Of a DNA stretch of 64,000 nucleotides, positions 1-12,527 are shown one piece after another. Under the pieces are notes generated by a model. It searched no databases. It saw only the letters and a program-made list of their open reading frames with translations, and had not been told where the DNA came from. Both the position numbers and the translations under genes were made by a program. The DNA is from Octopus bimaculoides (Eukaryota): NCBI RefSeq assembly GCF_001194135.2, contig NC_068992.1, positions 51,969,922 to 52,033,921 on the forward strand, given 5' to 3'. The number at the start of each line of letters is the position of its first letter. Within the stretch, counting starts at the first letter, position 1.

Positions 1-48
1 TGGTTTTGTAGTAACTCTGCTTCCAATGCTAATTTACACAAAAATTTT

Positions 49-118
49 GAGTGGCTGTATGGTAAGTAGCTTGCTTACCAACCACATAATTCCAGGTTCA
101 GTCCCACTGTGTGGCATC
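49..118 (+). mobile_element. tRNA-headed SINE family A, 5' head fragment
   Basis: GAGTGGCTGTATGGTAAGTAGCTTGCTTACCAACCAC...GGTTCAGTCCCACTG has Pol III A/B-box-like motifs and matches the reverse complement of the ends at 44400 and 27019. Confidence 0.8.
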
Positions 119-1249
119 TATATATATATATATATATATATACTATTTTGTAGAGTACATTTTTCTTGATGGTGTCTGATCTCCTTCATTGTTTGGATTG
201 CATCTTGGTGGTTCTTCTCTAAATTAATATATATGTGTGTGTGTGTGTGTGTGTGTATGGATGTATATACCATTGGGAAAGGAACTATATAATACACCAC
301 AGAGTGTATAAAAGAATTTTGTATAAGACTGTTCTTCCAAACTCTCACTGAGAAAAGCAAATATCAAATTACAACTGGTAGAGAGGACATGAGGACCTAA
401 ATATTAGAGTATCATGATTTTTTGACTTAACTTAGACTGATTAGCCTTGGCACAAAACCAAGCATGGCCTTCCAATCAGACTGCCGATATACTTGTCAAT
501 ATTGCGAACAAGTCATGCCTTAGTTGCATGGAATGTTGTATATTTTTCTTTGAACGCTTGTCAATGACTAGGGTGAATGACTTTTGGATATTCACTGACA
601 TGTATACAACTAAGGAAAATGTTGAATGAACAATTCAATAATGCTTTTACAACCCTGCTGGTACACATGCAAATAGAGTGGGCAAGAATTCTTCAATACT
701 GCTATTGTGCATTGAGAACTGTGGTTGCCATCATTTAAACTGATATGAAAGAAAATGGTTTCATTGATTCTGGATCCAGTTCTATTCATCCACAAGAATT
801 CCCCTTAAAAACATACAAAAGGGTTCTAATCAAACAACTTGAAATACATTTCTAAAACTTCTGTTGAGAAGGTGGTATGCTCCTTCAAAAAAAGCTATAA
901 GGAGCCATAAAATCTCCTTTTATAAGGGAGTAGATGTTCGGAAGGACCATGGACAGAAATCTTTAAATCCTAATTAGTGTTTATAATTGAGGCACAGTGT
1001 GGTAGGAAGTTCTATGTAAACATCTACTACAGTATTTGAACTGTACCATATTTTATGGACCTCCAAACTAAAGTTGTTACCGGCTGCATCTGAACTCACA
1101 AGGCATGTTTTGGTGTGCAAACAACTGCGAGAGGTTGCCTGCAAATATAGTGAAAGGTTTAAAATATCTATATTCTACTTTCCTATTTATCTTTCTCTAT
1201 TTCACCCTGTTTCAACCAGTTCATCAATCTCTCTATCACCCTTTCTGCA

Positions 1250-1250
1250 T

Positions 1251-1290
<40 letters not shown>

Positions 1291-1306
1291 TCATCTATCT
1301 ATCTAC
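1250..1306. repeat. (ATCT)n tetranucleotide microsatellite
   Basis: Direct reading of the sequence. Confidence 0.95.
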
Positions 1307-1320
1307 CTAGACACACATAT

Positions 1321-1441
1321 ATTCTTTTTCTTGTTTCTGTTATTTGACTGTCGCCATGCTATAGCACCACCTTTAGTCAAACAAATTGACCCCAGGACTT
1401 ATTCTTTGAAAGTTTAGTACTTATTCTATCGGTTACTTTTT
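1321..1441 (-). mobile_element. SINE family A, 3' fragment
   Basis: TTGACTGTCGCCATGCT...GACCCCAGGACTTATTCTTTG...AGTACTTATTCTATCGG is shared with copies at 26227, 26634 and 44031. Confidence 0.75.
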
Positions 1442-2936
1442 CCAAAATATATACATAATATATATTTATACATTTTGCATAAATATTCAACCCTAAGATA
1501 TGTTCTATATAATACAAAAGCACAAAAAATATTATCAGTGACATCTCCAATCTTCAAAGGACAAAGAAAAGAAGGGGAAGTTAAAGAGGAAGAAAGACAG
1601 GGAGAAATAAAAGGAAAGGAAAAAGATAGGAAAAAAAACAGGAAACAGGAAAAAAGAAATTGTCAAAATATAGATTTTTGCTTTCCTCTAAATTTCAATC
1701 GTATTATCTATGATCGACTGGTCTGTAATTTCTGTATATACATCCGAGGAATGTATTCAGTAGAGTTGTACTTGTTTTTAATGTCTCTGTCATCCAGTAA
1801 AAATAAAAATGTACCAATACTGAAACACACAAAAGTAATAAAATATATAAAATAAAAGGACAAAAGAGAAAACGGCTGTTTAAAAAATTCTTAAGTTCCT
1901 GGTTAACTTAGATCCAGATGATTTAAGTTTAAATTGGTTCTAGGTGACCATTCTGTATCTTCTTTCAAACAGAGTGAGGGTAAAACTGTATGATGCAAAG
2001 TAACTGTTATTATATACATTATATACATTATAGAAATAAATTATATATTTAAAAAATTATAATTTTTGTAATTTTAAAACTTCCATTATACTTATTTGAT
2101 TAGCAGTTGCAGGGACTTAATTAAATAAACCTACTAATTAAAATAAACAGAAAAAGTTTTTGTGTAGCATTGAATATCTATATGTGTATCTATTTGTCAA
2201 GATGTGTGTGTATGTGTGTATATATATATACATACATACATACACATATATACACACACACATATATACATACACATGCATAAATACATATGATTATGCA
2301 ACAACTGTTCCTGTTATAATTAGAAGATATATTTAATAAAGTACCTGCGACAGTTAATTTAATAAGTATAATTGAGGCTACAAATTACATATTTTTAAAT
2401 GTATATTTTATTTCTGGAGCATATAATAAAATAGTTATCACGAGGAATGAAATCTTACCCTCTCTAAATGTGAAAAACAATATAGAATTCTTGTGGCATG
2501 AGCCTTTTCAATCTCCAGTCTTCTTGATCAAAATACCCCCAGAGCTCAAGATTTGCCACAATCATCTTTTCTTCTCTCATAATTTCTGATTCTTTCTTAC
2601 AAATGGATTCTTCGTATACTAGTTGACAAATGCATATCACAAAATCATAGGAATTATAAATATGCATAACATACAGAATATAACAATTAATAGATACTAC
2701 ATAAATTTTGGGTTGGTGCATAATTATTGCAGCTTTCTTTCAACACAATATATTAGAAGGTTTGGAGGTGATGTACAGGAATTATATATTAGAAAAAATA
2801 ATAAGGTACTTAGATGTTTGGATGGTTGTACATTTACAGATTTTTATTAATATGTCACATGTTTTTATAAATTAGCACTTGCATCTATTCTAGTAGATTC
2901 TCCAGATTTAATTTTTCTTGAGAGGATTTGTCTCTT

Positions 2937-2969
<33 letters not shown>

Positions 2970-3009
2970 GTATGTACACACACACACTTATACTAAATCG
3001 AAAAATTTC

Positions 3010-3668
3010 CTGTTTAAAGGAAAAGGGTTCAGCAAATTTTCAAAATTTGAATTTTTCTAAAACAATTTTGTTTTACGAGAAAAGGTTTGATAAAATGTTG
3101 AGCCTTCAAAAGTAAGGAACCAGAATCGAAAAACAATGAAAAAAGTTTTAATTGGAATTTCTTGCACTTTTTGAAAAAAATAAGTTTCAATAATAAACTC
3201 TTTTCTTCTTCCTCTTTCTTTTCCTTTTCTCTTCTCCTTTCCACTTTTCAATCCTTTCCCTTCATCTGGGTCATCGTCCTTTTTCCCAGACTTATCCCTT
3301 TCATGTTTCTCTCTTTCTCTTTCTTTTCCTTTTTGCTTCTTCATTCCATCATTCACCTCCTTCCATCTTCCCTCTTTGAATAGCTCGTTATCCTTCTAAA
3401 AGAAATGATCTAGTTAATCTTCATTCGTTAATAAAAGGGGGATTGAAGTGGTGGTATCCCCCACCATTTTAAAAATAATATTTGTTTGCTAATGAGATGA
3501 GCATTTCAAAAAGTGCCACAAAATGCCAATTAACATTTTTTTAATTTTTTCAATTCTAGTTTCTAACTTTTGATGGCTCAAAATTTTATTAAACGTTTTT
3601 CTGTGAAACAGTTTTATTTTAGAAAAATTTAAAGTTTGAACATTTTGAACACTTTTTCTGTAAAAAAG
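3010..3668. mobile_element. Old MITE-like element with long imperfect inverted arms
   Basis: About 3010-3190 aligns by eye to the reverse complement of about 3490-3668 (e.g. TTTTTCTAAAA, TTGAGCC.TCAAAAGT, GCACTTTTTGAAA). The centre is CT-rich. Confidence 0.7.
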
Positions 3669-5209
3669 GATATATATATAAATACACCAGATTATTTACT
3701 GTATGTTACCTTGCCATTCTCAATATTTGCTTATTCGTGATGAACTCTCTCTTTACCATGCAGTTTATTGAAAAAGGTACCAGTCACAAACTGGAGAAAT
3801 ACCAAACTACTGATAATGGTTAGATCATTAAGAATCATGGATAGATACCATTGCATTATTTCTTAGCAGATCTTTGCCTTGAAGATATTTTCTGTGGTAC
3901 TCTCTGACAAAGTATAACTCTACTGAAAAAAAAAAAATGTAGATGGAGAGGTTGTGTGTTAGAAACAGAGTTTCTCCAAACCTGCGTCTAGGTCTGAGTA
4001 CTTGCAACAGAATGAGAAGTGACAATGGCCTAACATCTTTGCCCTTGGTTGATAATGATGTCAGTTATTGCTTCCTCAATAGATACAGGAACCATTGTCT
4101 ATACACCAGCAGGAATAGTTAAACTAATCTTTCTTGACATTTTCCTAGAATAAGAAATCTTAAATTTGTGAATATGTTCACACAGTGGCTAGGGAGACTC
4201 ATTCTTATCTAATAAATAATGCCATTTAAAAAAATCAATATGGGTATACGATAGCATTTGGAAATTTCAGAAATAAAATACAAATGGTTCCTTCTAAAAA
4301 TATGATACTCTACATTGATCTTTCATTTCAGAGATTAAAAACATTATATTGAAAACTTTGGACTGTGATTATATCTATTAGAGATATGGCAAGGTGAATT
4401 AAGAAGGTATTATATATGCCAACAATACAAGAGATGTATTTTAATTTGTTTATTTTGAAAAAAGAGCAGTGAATATGTTTTCATTATTGATTGGTCAAAT
4501 GATATCATATTTCAATAGGCTGCTTTTAATTGGGCAAATAAACAATTACCACATGCAATTAATTGTCTGACAATTAATTCCAAATGTCATTCATTCTAAA
4601 GTGTAGCAACATTTAACAATGAGATGTAATTTTAACAGAATAATGTAATTTAAATTGCAAAGAAAGAACGCATCCAAATTAAGCTGTTTTCTATTAGAAT
4701 GGAATAAATGTCAAAAACTGATCATTTATGATATTGTTTATGGTTTCCATGCATTTCGAATGTGTAACTGTATTGTGTGTGTGTGTGTGTGTGTGAATGC
4801 ACTAAATGATAGTAAGTTAGAGAAATAAATGTGCTGGTATGGACATTGCAAGGCAATGGACTCCTACAAACCGGTCTACAAACAATACATAATTTCAATT
4901 TTTTTGCTTTCAGTGATACAGAAAATTGCAATAGAGAGACATGTAATTTATAATAGTCCACTGCAAGCAATGTTGGAAATTGTACAAACACTGAATAGGT
5001 TGTGGTCACGGCTGCGTGATTAACAAGCTTACCTTTGGAACCATATGGTTAGTTGGTTCAATCCTCAAGCACGGATGCTGTCAGCTAGCATACTGTACTA
5101 TAGCCAGGAGCTGACCAATACTTTATTTGAAAAATTGGTAAACTGAAGCTGAAGAAGCTTGTTGAATACATCCATATATCTGTGCATGTGTTTGCTTTTG
5201 TGTGCCTGA

Positions 5210-5264
<55 letters not shown>

Positions 5265-7917
5265 TGTGTGTGTATTTGTGTGAGTTTGTATTTTCACATA
5301 TGTTCATGCGTGTTTGCTGATTGTAAACAAAAGGCTGTTTTATTTCCATGTAACCTAGTCTACACTGTTTCTTGTTCAATAGACAGAGGAATTATTTTTG
5401 TTTGCTTGGAAACAAGTCAGGGTCAACATCAGAAAAGTCACTTAACCATAGAAATGTCTGCGCCAACATATTCTCATCTGCCCTGTGCCTATACAGATAG
5501 ATGTTTTGTATAGCACATAGAGTATTCTTATTAAGTACATGGAGAATCCATTATCGTTTAAGTCAGCAGTTATAAAATATTGAAGGAAAGCAAAGGAACG
5601 TATGATAATTGTTGTAAGGAGGGTTGAACCAGTGATCCTGTGGTCAATAACCCAACAACTACTGTCTATACTTAAAAAAAAAAAAGAAATGAATAATTTA
5701 AAATGATCATGAATCACTTAAACAAAATATCCATTTTGATGTCTGTAATTGCATACAGTTTTCCTGGAAGCTATGATTATATCAAACCAGCACCAAAGTA
5801 ATTGTTCAGATTACATAGATCAAACATTTGCCAGCTTGTTGGAAAACTACTTAGGAAAAAGTATTAGTTATTATTATTGTTATGTTGTATTTCTGTTATT
5901 GTGGCTTCATCAGAGGGCTCCAGATTTGTGAGAAACATTTTCGAAGTGGTCAGTGTGATAAGACATATAATGATACACCTATATTATCATCTCTCCTCCA
6001 AGCAAACAGATATGGAAATAAAGAACATGTGCTAATTTTGTCCATAAAGAAAAACTTCAGCAGATAATTACCCTTAGTAGACACAGTCATTTCTCAATTC
6101 AGTACCATATACTATAAAAACAATTTCCTTGCTAAAACTTATGCATTACCACAAATTACTAGCAACACACTGCTATTATCATCTCTATATTTAGGTTTTC
6201 AGTTACCTAAATATTTAAATGAAATTACACTTAAGTAACAACTATACTTACAATCAGTTGTAGAAGGGGTATAAAGAATTATTAGTGCTTCAAAAATAAC
6301 AAAACTTAGTAGAAAAGTTTCAATGATATATTTATTTCCAAATCTGTTTTCTCTAATCTTAGTGTTCTTCATTTTTATCATCAACATCTGGAAGAGAGGT
6401 AGACAAAGGGAGGAAGAGAAATAAAGAATAGAAAGATATAAAATGAATGAGAGAGAGGAGAGAGATTCAAAAAGTGGGAGGGAAGGAGAAAGGGTAGAAA
6501 ATAAGAGAGAGTAAGTTGAACACACTAAGACGTGGGAAACGATGGTAAGTTCAACAGTTGAACGATAATAAATGTTTACCTATTCATACATTACCTGCAT
6601 ATGTATTTGCATATATGTGCATTCTCACAATTCTTCTTTACATATGCACATAAAATTGCTTACATAATGGATATTTATATGTACGTCTTCATATAGTTCA
6701 GTGTGCAAAGATTTGGACAGAGATTTGTAAATCTATTAAGAAATTAAAAGCTTAAAGTAGATTTTTCAAAGTTAAGACTTAACCCTAAATCAATCCAAAA
6801 TGCAATACAGAAGCAGCTGCTCATTTAGACTCCCTAAAGTGAATAAATAAATAAATAAATAAATGAATGAATAAATAAATAAATAAAAACTTCTTGGTTA
6901 TTTTACTGAACTTGCTGAGTTCATACAACACTAAAGGTAATCATAATGAAAGAAGATAAATTGAGTTGGGTGATGATATGATGATTAGCAAAGCACATGA
7001 TCAAATGCTATACTAATGATAGTATTAACATTGTATCATGGCAAATATATGTGCTTCATTATGTTGTGAGTTATATTTCAAAGGGTCATGTACAAAGGGG
7101 ACAGATAAACAGTTCTGTTCTCGTGTAGTCATGAAGATAACAATACAATGATGATAGGTTTCGTTTTTATGAGTGAAACGCTTATTTTGGTTATCCTTTT
7201 ATTTGTGTATTATATTATTGATTATTGGACAGAAAGGAACGAACTAAATGGCATAAATTGTATGATAAAGAATGGTATTGAGGGCTGTGTTACGAACAAT
7301 GATTGAAACCACGTGTGGAAGCGTAGCAAATGATAAGGACTCTACACAAATATGTGAAATGATAAGGAGTTAATATGAACCAAATGATAAGAAATTTACT
7401 CAAATAAACCAAATTGATAAGAGATATAGCTGCTTCTACATTTTCCCTCTTACATCTGAATTATATATCAAGTTAACTAATGTATATCAATTACATTTAT
7501 ATTACTTAAATGTATTTTAAACTATGCTTACACAAAGATATATTGGTCTTGTTATTTTCAGATTTCTGTTAACATTTTATAAAGAATCACTGAAATATAT
7601 TCCAACCATAATCTTATACCTCTATATATAGCCTACATATGCACATTTCTGTACTTTACTTACAAAACGTCAAATATGTTCAATAAAATAGCAAGAAAAA
7701 CCAATTTGAGTAGGTTATTCTTTTTGGTATCATAATTATAATAAAGAGCAGTTCCTCTCTGTCAGGTCAACGTTTAGTTTTCAGCAAACTTATCATATCT
7801 TACTGCTGTTCTCAATTGTCACTGTGAATAAATATCTGAAAAGTATAAAGATTTAATTTAGGTTAATTTCCACTGTGTATACACACATGCATACACACAC
7901 ACACACATATGCATATA

Positions 7918-8060
7918 CATCATCATCATCATCATCGTTTAACGTCCGCCTTCCATACTAGCATGGGTTGGACGATTTGACTGAGGACTGGTGAAACCGG
8001 ATGGCAACACCAGGCTCCAATCTAATTTGGCAGAGTTTCTACAGCTGGATGCCCTTCCTA
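7918..8060 (-). mobile_element. RTE-type LINE 3' end with (ATG)n tail, young copy
   Basis: (CAT)n-CGTTTAACGTCCG...GGATGCCCTTCCTA. About 2 mismatches by eye versus the copy at 63833-63990. The family is joined to RTE-like coding sequence at 60860-61016. Confidence 0.85.
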
Positions 8061-8230
8061 GGGAAAAGAACCAAGGTTCATGAACTCATCGATGAAAATC
8101 CACTGTCACAGTTTCCCTAAAACTATATATTTATATATATTTTATACTGTGAAACTTAATTTAATTTTAATTTTTAATAAATTGATTTTAATTGAGTTTT
8201 TACCTGTAATTTCAGATTTTATTCCTAATA

Positions 8231-8266
<36 letters not shown>

Positions 8267-8335
8267 ATATTATTGTTTATAATAATATCGGTGGCTTAGA
8301 ATATGTAAAGAACCCATAATAGTAACAAATTATCA

Positions 8336-8725
8336 ATTAATAGTTAAGGGTACTAACAAGCAGTACCAGCATGCTAAATATAGCAGTCAACATGACCAAA
8401 CCACAAATATTCACTTAAACACAAAGGTGAAAGCAGGCAAAGGAATAAAAATCCTAAGACCTCATACTAATGATGGAAATAATTGAAGATTGAAAAAGCC
8501 AGACATACCAATATCACCATGATTTCGGACTTTGAGAAAAACTCTTAGTTCATCGTCAACCTTTTAATCTTTTTCAATCTTCAATTATTTTCATCATTGG
8601 TACGGGGTCTTTGGATTCATTTGCCCACTTTCACCTTTGTGTTTAAGAGAAAATCTGTGGTTTGGTCCTTTTGACTGCTATATCTAGCATGCTGGTACTA
8701 CTTGTTAGGACCCTTAATTATTAAT
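8336..8725. mobile_element. Foldback MITE (about 160-bp inverted arms, about 70-bp spacer)
   Basis: 8336-8498 is the imperfect reverse complement of 8569-8725. The ends read TTAAGGGT...ACCCTTAA. Confidence 0.85.
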
Positions 8726-8989
8726 ACATACCTATATAGATATGTGTGTGTGTGTGTATGCATAAACAGTTGCACACACACACACACACATGTATACTTG
8801 AATAGATCATTATTTTCGTCTATTTTCTTTCATTTGGATATCTGATAAATTATTGGAATAATTCTACCAAATGTCACATAAAATTCTGTGGAGAATTCAG
8901 ACAAATTACAGAATGTTTTTGCAGCTCATTTATAAGTCAATGTATATGATATATGATAGAGATAGGAAGAAAGAGAGAAGGAAACACGG

Positions 8990-8994
8990 AGAGA

Positions 8995-9034
<40 letters not shown>

Positions 9035-9039
9035 GAGAC

Positions 9040-9078
<39 letters not shown>
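8990..9078. repeat. (AG)n/(AGAC)n microsatellite
   Basis: Direct reading of the sequence. Confidence 0.95.
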
Positions 9079-9079
<1 letters not shown>

Positions 9080-10129
9080 TACTAAGTAATGACAGTGGCT
9101 TCAAATAAATTGTGGATTCCTCTCTGGATTGTATACTAAATATGGATCCAGAGAAGGTGATTTGCATTAACTCTCATGTACAATAATATGCAAAATTTGA
9201 GGAAGCTGATGATGGTTGGCACTGGCAGTAATTTTTCCATTGAAGAATTCCTAGAAGATTCCAATAAAGTTATTGTAATAAATCTGAAGCCACCAAATCT
9301 ACCACGACTTTATAAAATTGTGATAAACTAAAGTAATATTGGAAAAGTTGATACACACACACGCATGCTCCTCACATGTATTGAATGAAAGCTGAATATG
9401 AAATAAAAATAAAAACAATAAATGATGGTGTGTTTTAATTAAATAACAATACATTTTATTAAATTCACATTATAAATTCTGCTGAATCAATATTATTATT
9501 ATTGTTATTATGCCCTTGTATTTTAGAGCTGAATATTTTACTTGAAAATTAATTAAACACTAGAAATTCCTTGATGCTTTGCGCATAGCCATTACCACGA
9601 TCTAATAATCAGTTGACATTATTATAAATATTTAATAACATTCCTTTCAATGTAAATATTACTGTCTGTGTGTTATAAATTTGAACTGTAGAGAATACAC
9701 AAACTGATAGTGGATATAATAATTTTTGAGTGCTGTCAGTTAAGCTGCTAGTGTTGGAGATGCCAGTTAGAGTGAAATATGCTGTGGTGTGCAGTATAGT
9801 GATAGACTTACAGAACTGAAGATATATGATTAAACACTGGAAAATATCTACAAAAGAAAATGATCACATGAATGATTTAAATTAAGGAAGGTTTGGTTAA
9901 ATAAGGGTCAAACTAAAATGTTGGCTAGCTTTTCCTTCCAGGCATAGGTAATTACAAAATGTGGAGATATAGCAAACTAGTGGCTTGGAATGACACAAAG
10001 GCATCAAAGTTGGTAGTCATATACAAGGAACAGTATTGTAGTTCGGTTTTTCAACAGAGAATCAACAAATATTTAAAACCATCAAACTCTCTACAAATGC
10101 ATTACGACAACTGTTGATTACTTGGGGCA

Positions 10130-10600
10130 AACGAATAACTGCAATATTGCCAAAATTTCATTTTAGATTTTAGAATTCTTCTTCGTATTCAGAAAACGCA
10201 TAAGCCCCAGAAGTAGTTAACCATCAACAAAGCTCAATTACTATCCCCATTGGAGTACTGCTCCTATATTTGGGATAGTACTGCAATCCCAAACAAAAAA
10301 CCTGGACTACATAGAAATTAGTATTTGGCAACTGATTGCCAATACATAACAAGCACAAGCTCACTGATGTTCCTGAAATCTCTTTCTTGTATCTTTTGAT
10401 AATTGATAATAGGGTTTCTGATTCTTTGATCTAACTACCTTTGTACATATTTCACTAATGCCTGATCAACATATCAGTCTCTCTCTTCTTACTGCTATTT
10501 TCATTGTATTTCATCTTACAGATTTAGACCAATATTTTTCAGTCTCTGTTCACATTTTCCAGTGGACATCAGCCTACAGATATTTACATGGAACATAATA
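10130..10600 (+). pseudogene. Decayed CR1/L2/Jockey-like LINE, post-RT region
   Basis: Translates to AQLLSPLEYCSYIWDS (resembles the RPxLEYCSxIW motif) and later YRYLHG (resembles FYRYYHG). Stops and frameshifts are present. Confidence 0.6.
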
Positions 10601-12192
10601 TAAGTTACTTTAATCTCACTAGTCTGTAGATCAAGATAAAGCCGTGGTCCTTACATTTCTTCCTTTAGTTACCTTTTTTAAAAATAATAAATGCAATTAA
10701 GGTAAAATAAAGATTGTTTGATTTGATTTCAGATGCTGATGTATGAGATTGCAGTACAAGTATGATAAAAATTAACACTCTCCAGGTACGAAAAAATTAA
10801 TAAGACTTAAGTTGACTGAATTTCAGACAATCTTGGTCAACTTAGAAAAGTTTAATCAACCGACCAGACAGATCTATTATTACAAACTGTTTAAACAGTA
10901 AACAAATGTGAACAATGTACAGTATATGAGTAAACAAGCTATGTCAAACAATATAACCTACTTGGTAAAGTGTTAAGTGGGTAGAAGTGAAATACTGTCA
11001 ATCCTACAAATTGAACAAAGTAAATATGAAATGTCTGTGAATGAATATTTGAAAAGGCAGCTGGTAATTACAATTCTTCTTGTTTGGCTGAAATTAAAAA
11101 GGTGAAAGAATGGTAAGTTTATCAAAATTTTCAAAGAATTAATGAATAAGTTCTTGAGACAATTGCAGAAATATGAACCTATTATAGAAAGTATTTATGG
11201 AAGCGAAATTACAATTAGTACCTCTGTTTTGAAAAGCTTTTTCTTCTCAATTCAGACGATGGGGGAAAAAAAAGAAAACGAAAAGAAAGAAAGTGATTTC
11301 TATGCCATTCAGTAATGCATTTCTGCACGTAAACTTTAGAACAAGAAAAGTATGCATTCTTTAAACCTTTAGTAAGTTTGTTTTACATGAAACGCTAAAA
11401 AAATATTCTTTTTCTGTGTTTGTTTAGAAGTTTAGAAATTTAAAGGTAAACGATTATCAAGAATATGAATGGTGTAATTGCTGTAAAGAACGGGAGTAAT
11501 GCATAAATAAACAATTATTTTAGCTTTCGGTACTGAAACCTGAATCTTTTGTACACACATGTGAGTGCACGTATACACACATACATACACATACACTCAT
11601 ACACACGCAGACATACAGACACACATAGACACAGACACACACAATGTGGTAATGCTTCAACAAGTAGAAAAGCACTTGATCAGCTAAGAGAATAAAGATA
11701 ATCTTAAAACATTAAGAAAAAACCCAAAACACACAAATTTTGTAAATACAGCTACTCAGGGTTTCCTCATTGAAATAACAATTTATTCCGACACTTATCA
11801 AGCTGAAAACAAGACCGTTTCTAAGTTGTCTTTTGAGCAGATAACATTTAAACAAGATGCTTAAACACTAGTATCTTGGATTATAAAAAATCACATACAC
11901 ATACATACGCATACATACGCATACATACGCATATAAGACCTATTGGAATTATGCTCACCTTTTCCAATCATGGGCTTTTATAGATGCAGTCATGAGTATA
12001 TGATTATGAAATTTGCTTCACAACTGCATATTGTCTTTTGTTGAGTCCAGTTGTGTGGCTAACAGTTGTGTGGCTAACATTTGGTCAAACAACTCATGAC
12101 CATTTTGTAAGTATCTCGTAAAAGAGTCTAACTCTGAACAATATCACTTTAATGAAATAAAAGCATTTCAAAAACCCTGTATAGAAACTCGT

Positions 12193-12233
<41 letters not shown>

Positions 12234-12313
12234 CGTCACTAAGCACTAAGCATTTTGCCCAGCAAGCCAACTATTCTGCTCGCTTGCTGCCATCTTAAAC
12301 TTATCTCTAATAA

Positions 12314-12527
12314 CCCTTTCTGCTAAAGGCACATGGCCTGAAATTGGTGTGGAGAAGAATCATCAATCACATCGACCCCAGTACATGACGGGTACTTAAT
12401 TCATTGACCCCCAAAAGGATCAGAGGTAAAGTCAACCTTGGCAGAATTTGAACTCAGAACGTACAGACAGATGAAATGTTGTAAAGCATTTTTCCCATTG
12501 GGCTAACAGTTCTGTTAGCTCACTGTC
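12314..12527 (-). mobile_element. SINE family C copy
   Basis: CGACCCCAGTAC...AAAGTCAACCTTGGCAGAATTTGAACTCAGAACG is the reverse complement of the copy at 41245-41460. Degenerate flanking direct repeats are present. Confidence 0.75.

Noticed and set aside
5890-5930. Minus-strand CTGATGA-AGCC...GAAA hammerhead-like spacing
   Set aside because: The complementary GGC arm of stem II is absent, so it cannot be distinguished from chance.
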